DNA of 44,026 nt, counting the filler, from Jimgerdemannia flammicorona (lineage: Eukaryota): NCBI GenBank assembly GCA_003990765.1. It is 2 parts of 2 records of this genome, joined end to end, with 100 filler letters (N's around TTAATTAATTAA, not from the genome) between each part and the next. Parts side by side here need not be neighbours in the genome. Positions count along the whole stretch, not along the records: positions 1 to 21,970 come from RBNJ01001356.1; positions 22,071 to 44,026 come from RBNJ01001357.1. One strand, given 5' to 3'. Positions 12,001 to 23,804 of this stretch are shown here, piece after piece. Positions within the stretch are counted from its first letter, which is position 1. The number at the start of each line of letters is the position of its first letter. Under the pieces are notes generated by a model. It was not told where the DNA came from and searched no databases. It worked only from the letters and a program-made list of their open reading frames with translations. A program made the translations under genes and the position numbers.

Positions 12001-14360
12001 ATTTTTTGAAACCTATATCAATGGTATCAAATAAAAAGACTGATCTTGCTAAAGTTATAAATATGAACCCAGGCAGCTCTCCTATTAGAGAATATGAGTT
12101 AGATGATTAGGCTATTCTGCTAAGATCAAGTGTATTTTATAAATCTCATATTTCTCTTTTTCAGTAATAAAGATATAAGTTAAATTATAAATAAAAAATT
12201 AAGTGAATCTTATTCTCAGAAATTGTAATTAAAGGCTTATATTTTGAAGACATCTGATGTTTGATAGATCTTAAACTTTAGATCCAAATGATGACAATCT
12301 TGTCTGATGTGAAAATGCATACACTCTCCTTTATACAGACAAAGTTTCTGAGGATAAAAGAAAGTTCAGAGATTCACTACCTTGGGCTTTCAAAGATGAG
12401 CCAGAGAGTAAAAAAGGTAGAATTGCTGATTTTAAATTTATGTTCAAGTTTACAACATTATCACTTAAAAACTACAGTCTCAGATCTGAAAACTCAAGAC
12501 TTTGTTATTACTGCCTTAGAGATGAAAAATAAGCAGTTAGAGAAAAACTAAAATTTTTACAAATATGAGAGAGAGATAGCTAATTTTTTGGATAATAATC
12601 AGTGGATCACTACTTTTTCTCTTAATTGATTTAGTAGTTAAAATTAAAATAGTGTAAGAGAAAAGAAAAAGATTTTAAAAGTTACAAGCAAAAATAAATC
12701 TTTTCAAACCTAATTTATGAGTGATATCAAATATTCACTTTGTCTGATTTTGTTACAACATGCCCCACTTTATATATTTTAATTTTATTTTATAACTAAC
12801 TTTAAAAGTCAAAGAAGATAAAATTTAAAATAAAAAATTTGATATATATTTTTATTTCCCTTCATCCTTGCCTGCAAATTTCGCCATGTGATTCATGTGA
12901 TAGAATCAATCTCCATTGGTCAGAATTTGGTGACATCATCCTATAATACTGAGTCATGTGTAATACTGCCCCGGCAGGCCTTATAAATATATGCAAGATT
13001 GACACTCAAATACATATAATTAAATATGTATTTATTCTCTGATTCTTATTTCTAATTCAGATCAACTATCATAGCTTTCTTCTGAATAAATTACTTTATC
13101 TCTAAAGTATCTATTCAAACTTTCAAAAATATATAGTTTCAGTAATATATATATTTATATAACTATTATTAATATAAATATTCTTAGTTTCTATATTATT
13201 AATTTTTATTATAATATAAGAGTATATAATTTAGAATTTTAATAAATAATCTATCTTTATTTAGTATTCCAGTAATTTTATAATAAATTAAATTAAATTT
13301 AAAGTTTAATTTAAAATTAATTTTTTAAAATTCGATAACTTAATAAAAAAATATTTAAATTTAATCAATTTTAACTTATTAAATTTATCTTATTTAAACA
13401 GATTCAGTCATAAAAAATATTAATTTTAAATATTAATTTGATTAATTGAATTAAATTAGATCTCTAATTCAATCTAATTTAAATTGATTTAATTTATTTA
13501 AAAACACTACTTAAATATAAGAATAAATATTTTTTTATCTTGAAGCATAAACCTTCTAAGTTGATAATATTATTAATCTTTATTGATTTTTATAATCTAT
13601 ATTATCTCTCTTTCTTATGTTCATTTTAAAATTATATATTATTTTAGCATTGTTATAAATATAATATATTATGAATGGAAATGATACCAACAAAGAGCTG
13701 GATACAGTTTTGCATCCTGTAACACTTCCTGAAGCATAAGTACTCTAAGATGGATTGCCAAAGGATGCCACATCACTGGCGTCGTCGACCACTTACTGTG
13801 TGTGCACATTTTACCAAAAAACTTGTTTGTAGCGGGTGGTCCATGGTTTGTCTGCCGAGATTTGAACGACTACTGCGTTTCACTCTCGCTGAAATCCTTT
13901 GATTAGAACGGGCACGGGTTTGGAAGCATTAATGAACCCCATTCGAACCTTGACTTTCTATTGACTGCGCGACCAAGAATCGAAACGGATAATGCTATAA
14001 TATATTGTATGTGTTTACGGGACCCGAAATAAGTGAAGAGAAGCCACGACAAGGTAAGGCACAGTAAGTTTGACAGGAAAAAAAACTCTTTAAGACAAAA
14101 CATGAGAAACCATTCGAATATTCAGAATGGAAAACGAGCATGCACCATGAAGTTTTATGTACATATGAAACAGCGGTGGGAGAAGAGGGAATGAACCTTC
14201 GGCCGTGCTTCTATTGCAAAGCGCAAGGAACATACGGGCCAAGCCACAAGCTGAAACGGTGGCCGATTGGACCAAGAGATCAGCCCACTAAAGTCACGCC
14301 ACTTCTATTTCACCTTTCGAGAGCTTGGCCACACTTGTCCCACAAAAATAACGCTGCCTG

Positions 14361-17300
14361 TCATATGCGAGTGAGCTCGATACCGGCACCGCCGCAGCCT
14401 GCTGACGCTGACGATTTCTTCGCTCGCGACTTGGGGATTTCACACTTGCAGTCTCCACCACAGCCGTCCTTCTTGCCGCCCCTGCTGCCACAGCAACCAT
14501 CTTTGGTGGAAGCGTCCTTCCCGCCACAGCAACCTCCCGCCTTCTCGGGGCCCTTCCCCTTCCCATCCCCGCCACAACAGGACTGCGCCTGGCCCACCGC
14601 CCTGGTGCTCATGATGGACGGCAATTTCACCTTGCGCTCCTCGCCGTCGTTCTGGTCAGCCTCGCGGTTGCCTATCCACACCACCTTGACGAAATTGCCG
14701 TAGTCGCACGCGAATCCGTCGCCACCCAAAGGAACAATTTGGCGTACCGCAAAGAAGGGCAACAAGTTCGCCGCCTCGTCGTCCTCGATGTAATCCTTGC
14801 CGCGAGCTGTCGGATGGTGGGCGCCGTTGGGAATGTCCTTCTTCACCGCGGCCAGGTTGGCAGCGTTCAACTTGCTGGCTGTGTGGCGCGGAAGCTGCCG
14901 CAGTGTCGTCGACTTGGACAATGGCGAGGGCTTGGGGGTTATAATACCCAGGCTTCTCAGTAGCCATATAGCAGAGCTCTCCTCGCTCTTCGTGCTGTTC
15001 CGGGCGGCGCCTTGTTCGTCCGTGCGACCGTCGTTGAACTCGTCCTCGAGCGGGCTCACGCCGTCCTCGTCCAGGCTCACGGTATTCACGGGGATCTTCA
15101 TGTGTCTCGAGGCACCATCGTCCTCCTCGTCCTCGTCTACTACCCTCACGGCCTCGTAATTCTTTAACGACGCCATCCACACCTCCCACTTGGAGTCACG
15201 CTTCTTGGCCGCCACGTCGTCAGCGCTCACCTTCCGCCTCACACCAGCCAGCATCATATTCTTGCAAAACACCAGCCCACGCCCCGCAGGCTGGTCGACA
15301 CGGCCCAAGAACTTGGGCGACATGGTGATCTCGTCGTCGCCGCCCAGCTGCTCGATGTCAAGCATACCGTCCTCGAGATCCTCCACGGGCAGCATTCCGC
15401 TCGCAGTAGCGATCGACGGTGTGGCGGTAGATGGTAGTGGCGTCGGCAACCTGCGCATCACTGAAGACGACGGCGTCGGCGGGGACTTTCTCCTAAGTAG
15501 CGTCGTCGTCTTGGTCTCCAGTTCCGCGCTCAATTCCTCATTCGACGGCTGCCTCTTGATGGAATCTTGGTGAGACTTTCCCCCGTTCGTCGAGGGGACC
15601 GGTGCGGTGGGTCTCCGGCGACGGTAATGTTGATGCATGTAGTCGGCGCTACACAACGTACAATTACCCTGGGCCCCACCATCGGACCTCTCGAGCCGCC
15701 ACACTCGGACCGTCTCGTCCGTGGAGCTCGACGCAACCAAGAACCCACTCCCGAAACAGGTATCACAACCTCGGCATTTGCCGGGTCCGGTCTCGACACG
15801 GCAGTAACGGGCGACGACGATTTGCGTGATGGGGCCGCAGTGATTGCTCGCTGGCTCGTTGGACGTGCTACTCGTGGTGTTGCTGTCGATGCTGTCACGC
15901 CGGTGCGACTGATGCGCCTGCAGTATGCTGAAGTGCAGGTCGTCAGTGGTGTTGAACCTGTTTATTTGCTCGCGCATCTGGGCTTCCGCCTTCTTCTTCC
16001 GGAGACCACCACCGCCCGCAGACAACGTACACACGGCATCACCGGTCTCGAAATTCCACACCTTGACCGCGCCGTCTTGCGACCCGGTAATGAGGATGCC
16101 CATCCCACCCACCGGAACGTCGGCTGACAGCGAGGTGATGGAGCTGCCATTGTGACCGTCCAGTGTGTACACGAACTTCCATTGTGGTGGGAGTTTCTCA
16201 GGCGTAGCCAGCGGCAAGGTGAAATCGATATCTTCGCGGCCGTCTTTGGATACCATATTACGCTCCCAGCACTTGATCGTACCGTCCTTTCCCGACGAGA
16301 ACACCCACGACACACCCTTGCGACGGAAAGCGGCTTTTCCTTCAATGACGTATAAGGCAATGATGCCGCCGACCTGATCCGATCTAAGGGTGTTGACACA
16401 GTCGCCGGCCTCCAGATCCCACTCGTGGATCGCGCCGCTCTTGTGCGCCGAGATCAGGTAATTCTGCGACGACTTCGACATGGCCGTGTGGCCGTGTTGT
16501 ACGCTCTTAGCGGCGGCCTCGGCGACTAGCGGGTGGCAGTACTCGATGACGGCGCCGACGAACGCCAGAGCCGTGACGCGGTCCTGAAATATACCTGTGC
16601 CCTTGGGGGAATCTGCGACGGGGCGGATGGGTGAGTAGAAGACAGGCTGACGTCTTCTCCTCAGCGTAAAATGGTTAGCCACCTCCGCCGTCGCCTCTGC
16701 CTTGGTCTCTACAACGGCTTCGGTCCCTATGTACAGCTCGCGCACCAGCTCGCCCGTTTCGACGTACCACACCCGGACGACTCCGTCGTCGAATCCGCAT
16801 GCGACCCACTTGTTCCCCAGGTCGCTGCGCACACACCGCGCCGGCGAGGGCGACATACCCTTGAGCGCGACGTCGTGCATACTCAGTCCGGCCTTCTTTC
16901 GCTTCGCCACTATGAAGGCGTTGCGCATCAACTCCATATTCACGTCCGCCATTAGTCTCCACCCGTTGCAACCGCAGTAGCACGGGGTTTGCATCACGCG
17001 GTCCAGCCGGGCTAACCACTCGCCTTTGATTCCGTCCCACATGACAATCCGCCCATCCTGCCCGCACGAAATCACTGTCCCGGCCTTGGGATTCACGTCC
17101 AGCCACTGGATGTCCGCCGCATGCTTGCCCCGCAGCGTCACCACCTGCACCTCGGGCGCGTTGTGCGGCTTGACGGCCGGCCGGCCATAGGTGTTGGGGC
17201 CCGCGTGGTGCTTATCCTCGTCGAAAGTCTGCTCCTCGAGCTGAGTGTTATGCCGGGTGAAGGTACGCTTTACAATGTCGATGAAGGCAAAGACCTTGCG

Positions 17301-20300
17301 CGATGTGGTGATGTACATCCAATTGCCGATCGGCGCCAGGATCGATTGGCGCAAGGGCTTCATCATCCAAATCACGGTGCCAATGAGGATGACGACCAGT
17401 ATGAGGATGGATAAGTCGATGGCGTTCAGGATGGTCGTCGCCCAAATAACGACGGGGAGGATTATCTTGCGAACGCGAGAAGACGCGCGAGATTCGGACA
17501 CCTTGCTGGCGAGGCGCGACAAGAAGATGGCGGGTTGCTGCTCGTGACGACGGTCACTCTGTAGAAGAGACTCGACATTCAGCTCGTCGCCGTCGGTGAG
17601 AACGGTAAAGAACTTGGGGGTCATTTGTTCAATGTAGCGGTCCTCATGGGACGGGCTAATTGTGTTCCAGAAGGAGTTAGCGGTAGATGATGAGTCGGAG
17701 AAGAGCGCGATGTCGTGCACGAAGGTTTCGACGGAGGCGATTGGTGGAGGAGCGGAGCGGTAGAAGTAGGCGAGGGCGAGATTGACGAAGCACATCTGAG
17801 GCAAAAGAACGGATGTAACATTTCGTAGGTTTGGTCAAACGGAGGTCATCGCCAAGGCTAAGTTATCACTGCTTGCTTCGAACCAAATTTTCGTTTGATA
17901 TTGTCGTTGTCATTTTTTTTTTGCACTGAGACAAATGCACGACAAAATCCTGACGAAAGCGGCTCTATTCTCAGGACTGCTTCACATCATTTCACCAATT
18001 ACTTCTTGTCTCCACAACAGCGTCCCGCTAGCCAAAAAAAAAAAAAAACACTTACTGTCAAAGCATTTAGCACGCGATGATTTTTTACGTCCTTATAAAT
18101 GACGCAAACCGCGTCCTCGTCAACCTCTTCCTCGTCCTCGAGAACGGGCACGGGGTGAGAGCTCTTATCAGGTTCCATTTCGTTGTCACTGTCCTCATGC
18201 TTGCGGCGAAGGTGCGTTGCGACGCGGCGGTTGTCGAGATCGGCGAGCTGGTGATTTATGTGGGCGAGAATTTATTGACATTTACACACGAGTTTATTGA
18301 ATTTAAGAGGAGAAAGATGAGGTCGGGGAAGGTGGCGGGAGAGGCATTTCGAAATTGGAAAGAAACCCCCGAAATTAGGCGGTGAAAGGGAAGTACATAA
18401 CAGAAATGAAGTGGTATCAGGTTTTCCCGCATTGGATGCACCCAATACATAATACCATCCCCCTGCTTCATCGATCCATCTCCGCCCAATTCTTACCTCC
18501 AACCTTCTGACATCGACGGATAACACCGTGACGAAAAAGGTCATTTGTAGCCCGTAGTCGACACACAGTGCGATGATCGTGAAGAGGCAAAACTCGCGCA
18601 CGGCGGGAATGCTGGCCGAGGCGCCAATCACGAGGATGGCGATCTCGGCCAATAGCACAGCTGTGATGTAAGCGCCCACGACGCGGAGGCCTGTGGGTGA
18701 TCGTCAGTGTTTTTTTTTTTTTTCAAGTTGGGGTTTGGGGGATTGGAGGGGTTGGAAGAAAATGAGTATGAGAAACCAAGGGTCCGGTGAGTTGACTCGA
18801 TCAGATCCGATGCGCCGGATAAGGCAGATTGGCCGACAGGGGCCCATGTGGGCGTTTATTTGGACAACGCAATTCCTGCTGTGAAACAGGCGCATTCTAT
18901 ACGTAGAAAACGTAGCATAGGTTCCAAACTCCGTGTGCATCGCATCATAATACGCGACTACGTCCAATTTGAACAGGGACACATGATATGTGCGGCAACA
19001 AACTAGTAATTTTTCGTCCTCAGCAAAAGATTTACTTTACCCACCTCTCGCCACCTTCTCCTTCACCTCGCCATCGACCCCCGCGCAGACGACAGCGTTG
19101 GTCAGGATGAACATGTTCTCAAGCCCCGCTACGGCAGCTACCACCGGGTAGACCCACCAGGGCACCAGGCGCATACGCAGGTCCAGCAGGGCCGAGACGC
19201 CTATGGCGCACGAGACCGAGGCAAAGATGAGACAGACGGCGGTGAGGCCAAGGCCGTACTTGGATTTAACGAGCTGAACGCGGCCAAAGTAGTGAGAGAC
19301 GAAGAAGAAGATGGAGATGTAGAAGGTGAAAAGAAGGAAGGAGTGGGGGAATGGGGACGGAAGGTAATTGTGCTGAGGTGGTTGGTAGATGGAATGTAGA
19401 GCATGCGGTTAAATGGGTTGAAATCGCGTACCACAGTGCAGCCCATTCGCTCTCCACTCTCCAATATATATATCCCACATCCACACTAAGAAAGTTTCCA
19501 ATCCTACCTGGAAGATCGCAAACTTCGATTCGCCCTTCCCCTTCCGAAATATTGCCCTCGGCTTCACGCTCGCCTCTTCCGCCCTACTGATTTGCACGTT
19601 CACGCCTTTAAACCCACCCATGATCTCCCCACCATCCACAATCTTCTCCCACACGGCGTTCCAAATCCTCATAACAGTGTCGCGATCCACAGTTCCGTGA
19701 TCCTGCAAAAAGTATGTGAGAATGACGGAGTCGGCACCGTATATGGCACGGCTAGTGTCATCGTAGCGCGGGTGCCCGTACAAGGTCGCCGGGTGCAGCC
19801 GCAGGCCCAGCGGAGACACGTGCAACCGCTGGTCGTTGAGGGTGCGCAGGATGTGAGGATCATCGTGCAGACGGGTTGAGTTGTGCCAGTAATCAAGAGC
19901 GGAATGTACGAGGCACCGAGTGTCGTTGAAGGGTTTGAAGCAGATGTCCGAGAGTGTGTAGTGGCGTAGATGTGGGAGAGATTGAGAGTTGGAGGCGGTG
20001 AGCGATACTGAGGTAGTGGCGAGGCGGCCTTGGAGCCGGTGCGTGTAGAGGAGGACGTCCTTGGTCAGTGCGCCAGCGTCGCGGTCGCGATCGCGTGCGT
20101 GTTGTAGCATGGAATTTGTGGCGGTGATGATCACCTGTTCGATCCTTAAGAGGGGTTTGTCGCGTAGGTATTCCGAATTCGAGAGCTCCGGAGCAAGAGG
20201 GCTTATAGACATTGACGATTCCCAAAAGCGCGTGGATTCAGGTTGGAGATTTGCTTGGCGGAGATAATTTGTGGCAGGGTATGTGAGCACGAAGACGACG

Positions 20301-20407
20301 AGGGTCGCGAGGAGGATAGTGCGGGTGGTATGAGAGGTACAGTGCCTGCCGTAGAGGTAGAAGAGCTCGGAGACTTCTCGGCGCAGTGGCTCAACCCAAC
20401 GGAACAT
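14361..20407 (-). CDS. SCAP: SREBP cleavage-activating protein (SCAP/Scp1) homologue, 5 exons: 20407-19508, 19372-19045, 18690-18497, 18247-18056, 17795-14361 (about 1682 aa)
   Basis: All four introns are GT..AG with consistent phases (0,1,0,0). N-terminal FYLYGRHC plus a TM helix and luminal loop. Sterol-sensing domain (VKSKYGLG, GLENMFILTNAV, PAVREFCLF, LQMTFFVTVLSVDVRRLE|LADL). C-terminal WD40 repeats (SCGQDGRIVMWD, GSQDGAVKVWN). Confidence 0.93.
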
Positions 20408-21970
20408 GACGTTGGTACCGTTTTGGCGGGGCGCGGGGGGAGGGGGGGAAGAACTGATGCTTTGAGGTAAAGGGGATTTTAAATTATAATCAAATGGAGT
20501 TGAGAAAGCAGTGTGGGGAAGGAGGAGAGTATGGGGTGCCGCCTCTCTCTGTTGAGCGAATATAGCGCTCGGGCTGTGACGTGAGCCGGTCGCCCGGTAA
20601 CTCGGCGCGTCTCTGGTTGTCAGTGGGCTGGTACGTCGCACACACTTCTCGGCCAATTGCAAAATTAGCATCCACTATCCTTTGAAAAAAAAAAAAAAGA
20701 GGGCGGCCGAGAATAGCCGAATGGTTTGTGATGCTATTTTCAACCGTCGTTTAGGTTGTGGCACGTGCGCCGTGGAAGTTCGGAAACGAACTTCCCTTGG
20801 ACCACGTAAAATGCCTTGCTTGATCCGTGCGAATGCCTGTCCCATTTGCATTTTCTTCCCCCCATATCATAAATGTATATACACACCTCCAAACCAAACG
20901 GGTCGCTGGCGCTACATATTGACATGTGACCGCCACACCCCGCTAACTCTTTGTTTCTCAAAACAATACGCACTTGCCTGCATTCGGAAGCCCCCCGAAC
21001 ACCCAACGAGCATGCCTAGACTCTTCCGAGCCCCGCCCCCAGTTGGTGGGTGTCTTTGGGTCGGTTGTGTTGGACAGAGTCCACTGGATCTGAATGGCCG
21101 TTGTATTCCAAGTAAAGGTGAGAAAGGCCGGAGGAACAAACGGAGAGGAATTTAGTTAAATGACAGAGCAAGCCCACCTGCTAAACACGTATATCTATGT
21201 ATACATACATTAGTATACATTAGTCAATATCAACAAGCCCACTTTCTATTACTGTCAACCGCGCTTTTGGGTTTATCGCGAGGGCTTCCTATTTCTGACA
21301 TAATCATTATATAGAGAAGAGGGAAAGAATAGCGACCGTTCAGGAATCGTTGGTATATCGCGGATGCGAGGTGTTGTCGAATACATTTCAACAATTCCGC
21401 CGCGCTGCATGTGTCACAGGTCGTGAACGAGCTCTGGAAAGATTTTTATGCGTTCAACAAAAGATTGAGCGAGGGTTTTCTCAACCATATACACTCTGGC
21501 ATAATTGACTGAAACAAACAGATACTTGTAACCAGCACACCAACACAGGGCGCACAGTTTCTGATTTGGCCAATTACAGTTTTTTGGAAACTCTAAATAA
21601 ATTAAAAATATTAATTTTTCTTTTTAATTATTTTTTAATTTATTTTATATTTAAATTCATATTATAAAATTTGATATATTATTATTATTGTATCTCTTAA
21701 ATAAGTTGTTCAAAAATAAATAAATATTTATATAACTTATTAAAAAAAAAATATATTATTTATAAAATATAATAATAAAACATAAATTTATTAAATATAT
21801 TTACTATTTTATAAAGTAATAAATAATAAGTTAATATAAAATAATTATATTATAATATATACTTTAATATAAAATTATAATACTACTCAACTTATTTAGA
21901 GAAAACTAAATTACAAGTTTTTTTTTTTTTTTTATAAAAAATAAAATATTAAATAGTTTTTTCTTTTTTT

Positions 21971-22070
21971 NNNNNNNNNNNNNNNNNNNNNNNNNNNNNN
22001 NNNNNNNNNNNNNNTTAATTAATTAANNNNNNNNNNNNNNNNNNNNNNNNNNNNNNNNNNNNNNNNNNNN
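21971..22070. other. Assembly gap/artificial contig linker
   Basis: 44 N + TTAATTAATTAA (stops in all six frames) + 44 N, exactly 100 nt. Confidence 0.97.
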
Positions 22071-22160
22071 TGGCGGATGGTGGTAGGGAATAGGAGGGCT
22101 GCCACTAGGCCCATGGGGGTGTGACAGGGGGGGCATAGTGTTGACAGGGGGAGGGGTCAG

Positions 22161-23792
22161 GTGATGAGTCAGGTGATGGGTCAGGTGGCTGGCAGGGGAC
22201 AGGGGTCTGGTGGTGTGACGCGAGGGACTGGTTCTTCTGTGGCTGGGCAGGTGGCTGGGGAGAGGACTGCTGGTGGCACAGCTATACCTGGAAGGACAAC
22301 CACGGGTATGTCAGGGGCTAAGGGAAAGGTGACTCTGGCAGCTGGGACTGGCGAGTTGATAGTGAGGCCCTTCTTCCACAAATCGGTGTCGACATGGGCA
22401 ATCTCGGCAAACTTCCTGGGATTGGCGATGTCAGTGAGGGAGGTTCTGAGGATGGTGGGGGAGGAAGTGGCTGGAGCGGAGTCTCTGAAGTTCATCCCTT
22501 CAGCAGAGGCAGTGGAGATTGGCTTTGTGGAGGAGGATGCAATGGTGAAGGCATTGGAGAAAGGGATGACCGTCAAGGGTGTTAAGATTGGGATGGCAAG
22601 GTGTCTGAGGTGGGATCTGCATGTGGTTCGGCTGGTGGTGGAAGGATTGCCAACCCTGGGCAGGCAGGAGACCAAGGAGATGGTGGTTGAGGCGCTGGGT
22701 GGATATGGTGAGATGGTGGACTTCGGGTTCATGTTCTGGGAGGGTACCAAGTTGAGGAATGGCAACTGCGAGGTGATGCTGCGGCTGGAAGGCAAAGAGG
22801 CAACGGGGCTGGGCTGCGATTGGCCTGAAGGGATCAGGATTGGAGGGCAAGAGTGCAAGGTCTGGAGGAGGAAGGGAGCAGAACAGGAGGAGGAAGAGTT
22901 GGCAATTGCTCTGGAGGAGAGGGAGGCTGCCAAGGAACTGCGGAAGAGGAAGTGGGAGGAGTATGCCAAGGATTGGGTCTGGATTCAAGCAGATGGCAAG
23001 CGGAAGAGGTGGAGGAAAGGGAATTGGGAGCGTCTGCAGGTGGCCCTCCAAGGGGCAGCAGTGGAAGAGGAGGCGAGAGCAGAGGCCACCAAGAATCAGA
23101 TGGAAGGAGTGGAGGCAGCAGAGGTTTCCCTCTCCCAGCTGGGTGGTGTGGAGGACTCAGCACATGCGCCGGTGAGAGGAAAGTGGGCAGATAAGGAGGA
23201 GGTTGGTGAGGGAGGCTTTGAAGTGGATGACGAAGTGGTGCCGGAGACTCAGGTGGAGGACACTCATATGGCCGGGGCGGCGAATGTCCATTGGGAGTGC
23301 CCAGAAGCAGGTGAAGTAATTCATTTGGAGAAAGTTGTAGAGGAGGATGAGCTGGTGGATGTGGCTTCAGATGTGTCAGCTGATAGGGAGCAACTACAAG
23401 AGCTGAGCAGGACTCCCAGGCCCTCAACCCCTGGGCCCCTGATGATGACAGCAGAGAGCTGGTACCAGGCGGTGCTTGAGGAGCTGGCGGAGGAAGACAT
23501 CAAGGAAGTGGACATATTTCATGGATCTCAGGAGGCATGGGAAGGATTTCTCAATGTAGCAATGCAAGGGCCCAAGCTGGTGATGGCAATGGTGGCTGCC
23601 CTTCTGGATGATGAAGGATATGATGTGGATGAGAGCAGAATGGCTGACATCAGAAAGGTGGCGACTGAAAGAGTAGACCTTTTCTGCAGCAGTGCAAATG
23701 ATGACCAAATCTGGAGGGCGATTTGCGAGGACCAGCAAGAGATTGTCCGTGGAAGAGCTGAGAAGGTGGTGGCAGTTCCAGCTGAGCTTTAA
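22161..23792 (+). CDS. LINE ORF1 protein (RRM-like domains, acidic C-terminus); true start may lie upstream
   Basis: 543-codon open frame with VEIGFVEEDAMVKAL and LVVEGLP...ALGGYGEMVD...RNGNCEV patterns typical of L1/Tx1 ORF1. It ends 12 nt before ORF2. Confidence 0.8.
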   Translation: MMSQVMGQVAGRGQGSGGVTRGTGSSVAGQVAGERTAGGTAIPGRTTTGMSGAKGKVTLAAGTGELIVRPFFHKSVSTWAISANFLGLAMSVREVLRMVGEEVAGAESLKFIPSAEAVEIGFVEEDAMVKALEKGMTVKGVKIGMARCLRWDLHVVRLVVEGLPTLGRQETKEMVVEALGGYGEMVDFGFMFWEGTKLRNGNCEVMLRLEGKEATGLGCDWPEGIRIGGQECKVWRRKGAEQEEEELAIALEEREAAKELRKRKWEEYAKDWVWIQADGKRKRWRKGNWERLQVALQGAAVEEEARAEATKNQMEGVEAAEVSLSQLGGVEDSAHAPVRGKWADKEEVGEGGFEVDDEVVPETQVEDTHMAGAANVHWECPEAGEVIHLEKVVEEDELVDVASDVSADREQLQELSRTPRPSTPGPLMMTAESWYQAVLEELAEEDIKEVDIFHGSQEAWEGFLNVAMQGPKLVMAMVAALLDDEGYDVDESRMADIRKVATERVDLFCSSANDDQIWRAICEDQQEIVRGRAEKVVAVPAEL

Positions 23793-23804
23793 ACAAACTC
23801 TTTT

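Noticed and set aside
13270..13509. Possible MITE with hAT-like termini
   Set aside because: The inverted similarity is mostly A/T in extremely AT-rich DNA and there is no TSD.
14140..17547. Many overlapping plus-strand and alternate-frame ORFs
   Set aside because: Shadow ORFs of the GC-rich SCAP exon with no recognisable domains.
22015..22026. Palindromic TTAATTAATTAA
   Set aside because: Centred in a 100-nt N spacer, so it is an artificial linker. Adjacency of the two halves is not biological evidence.
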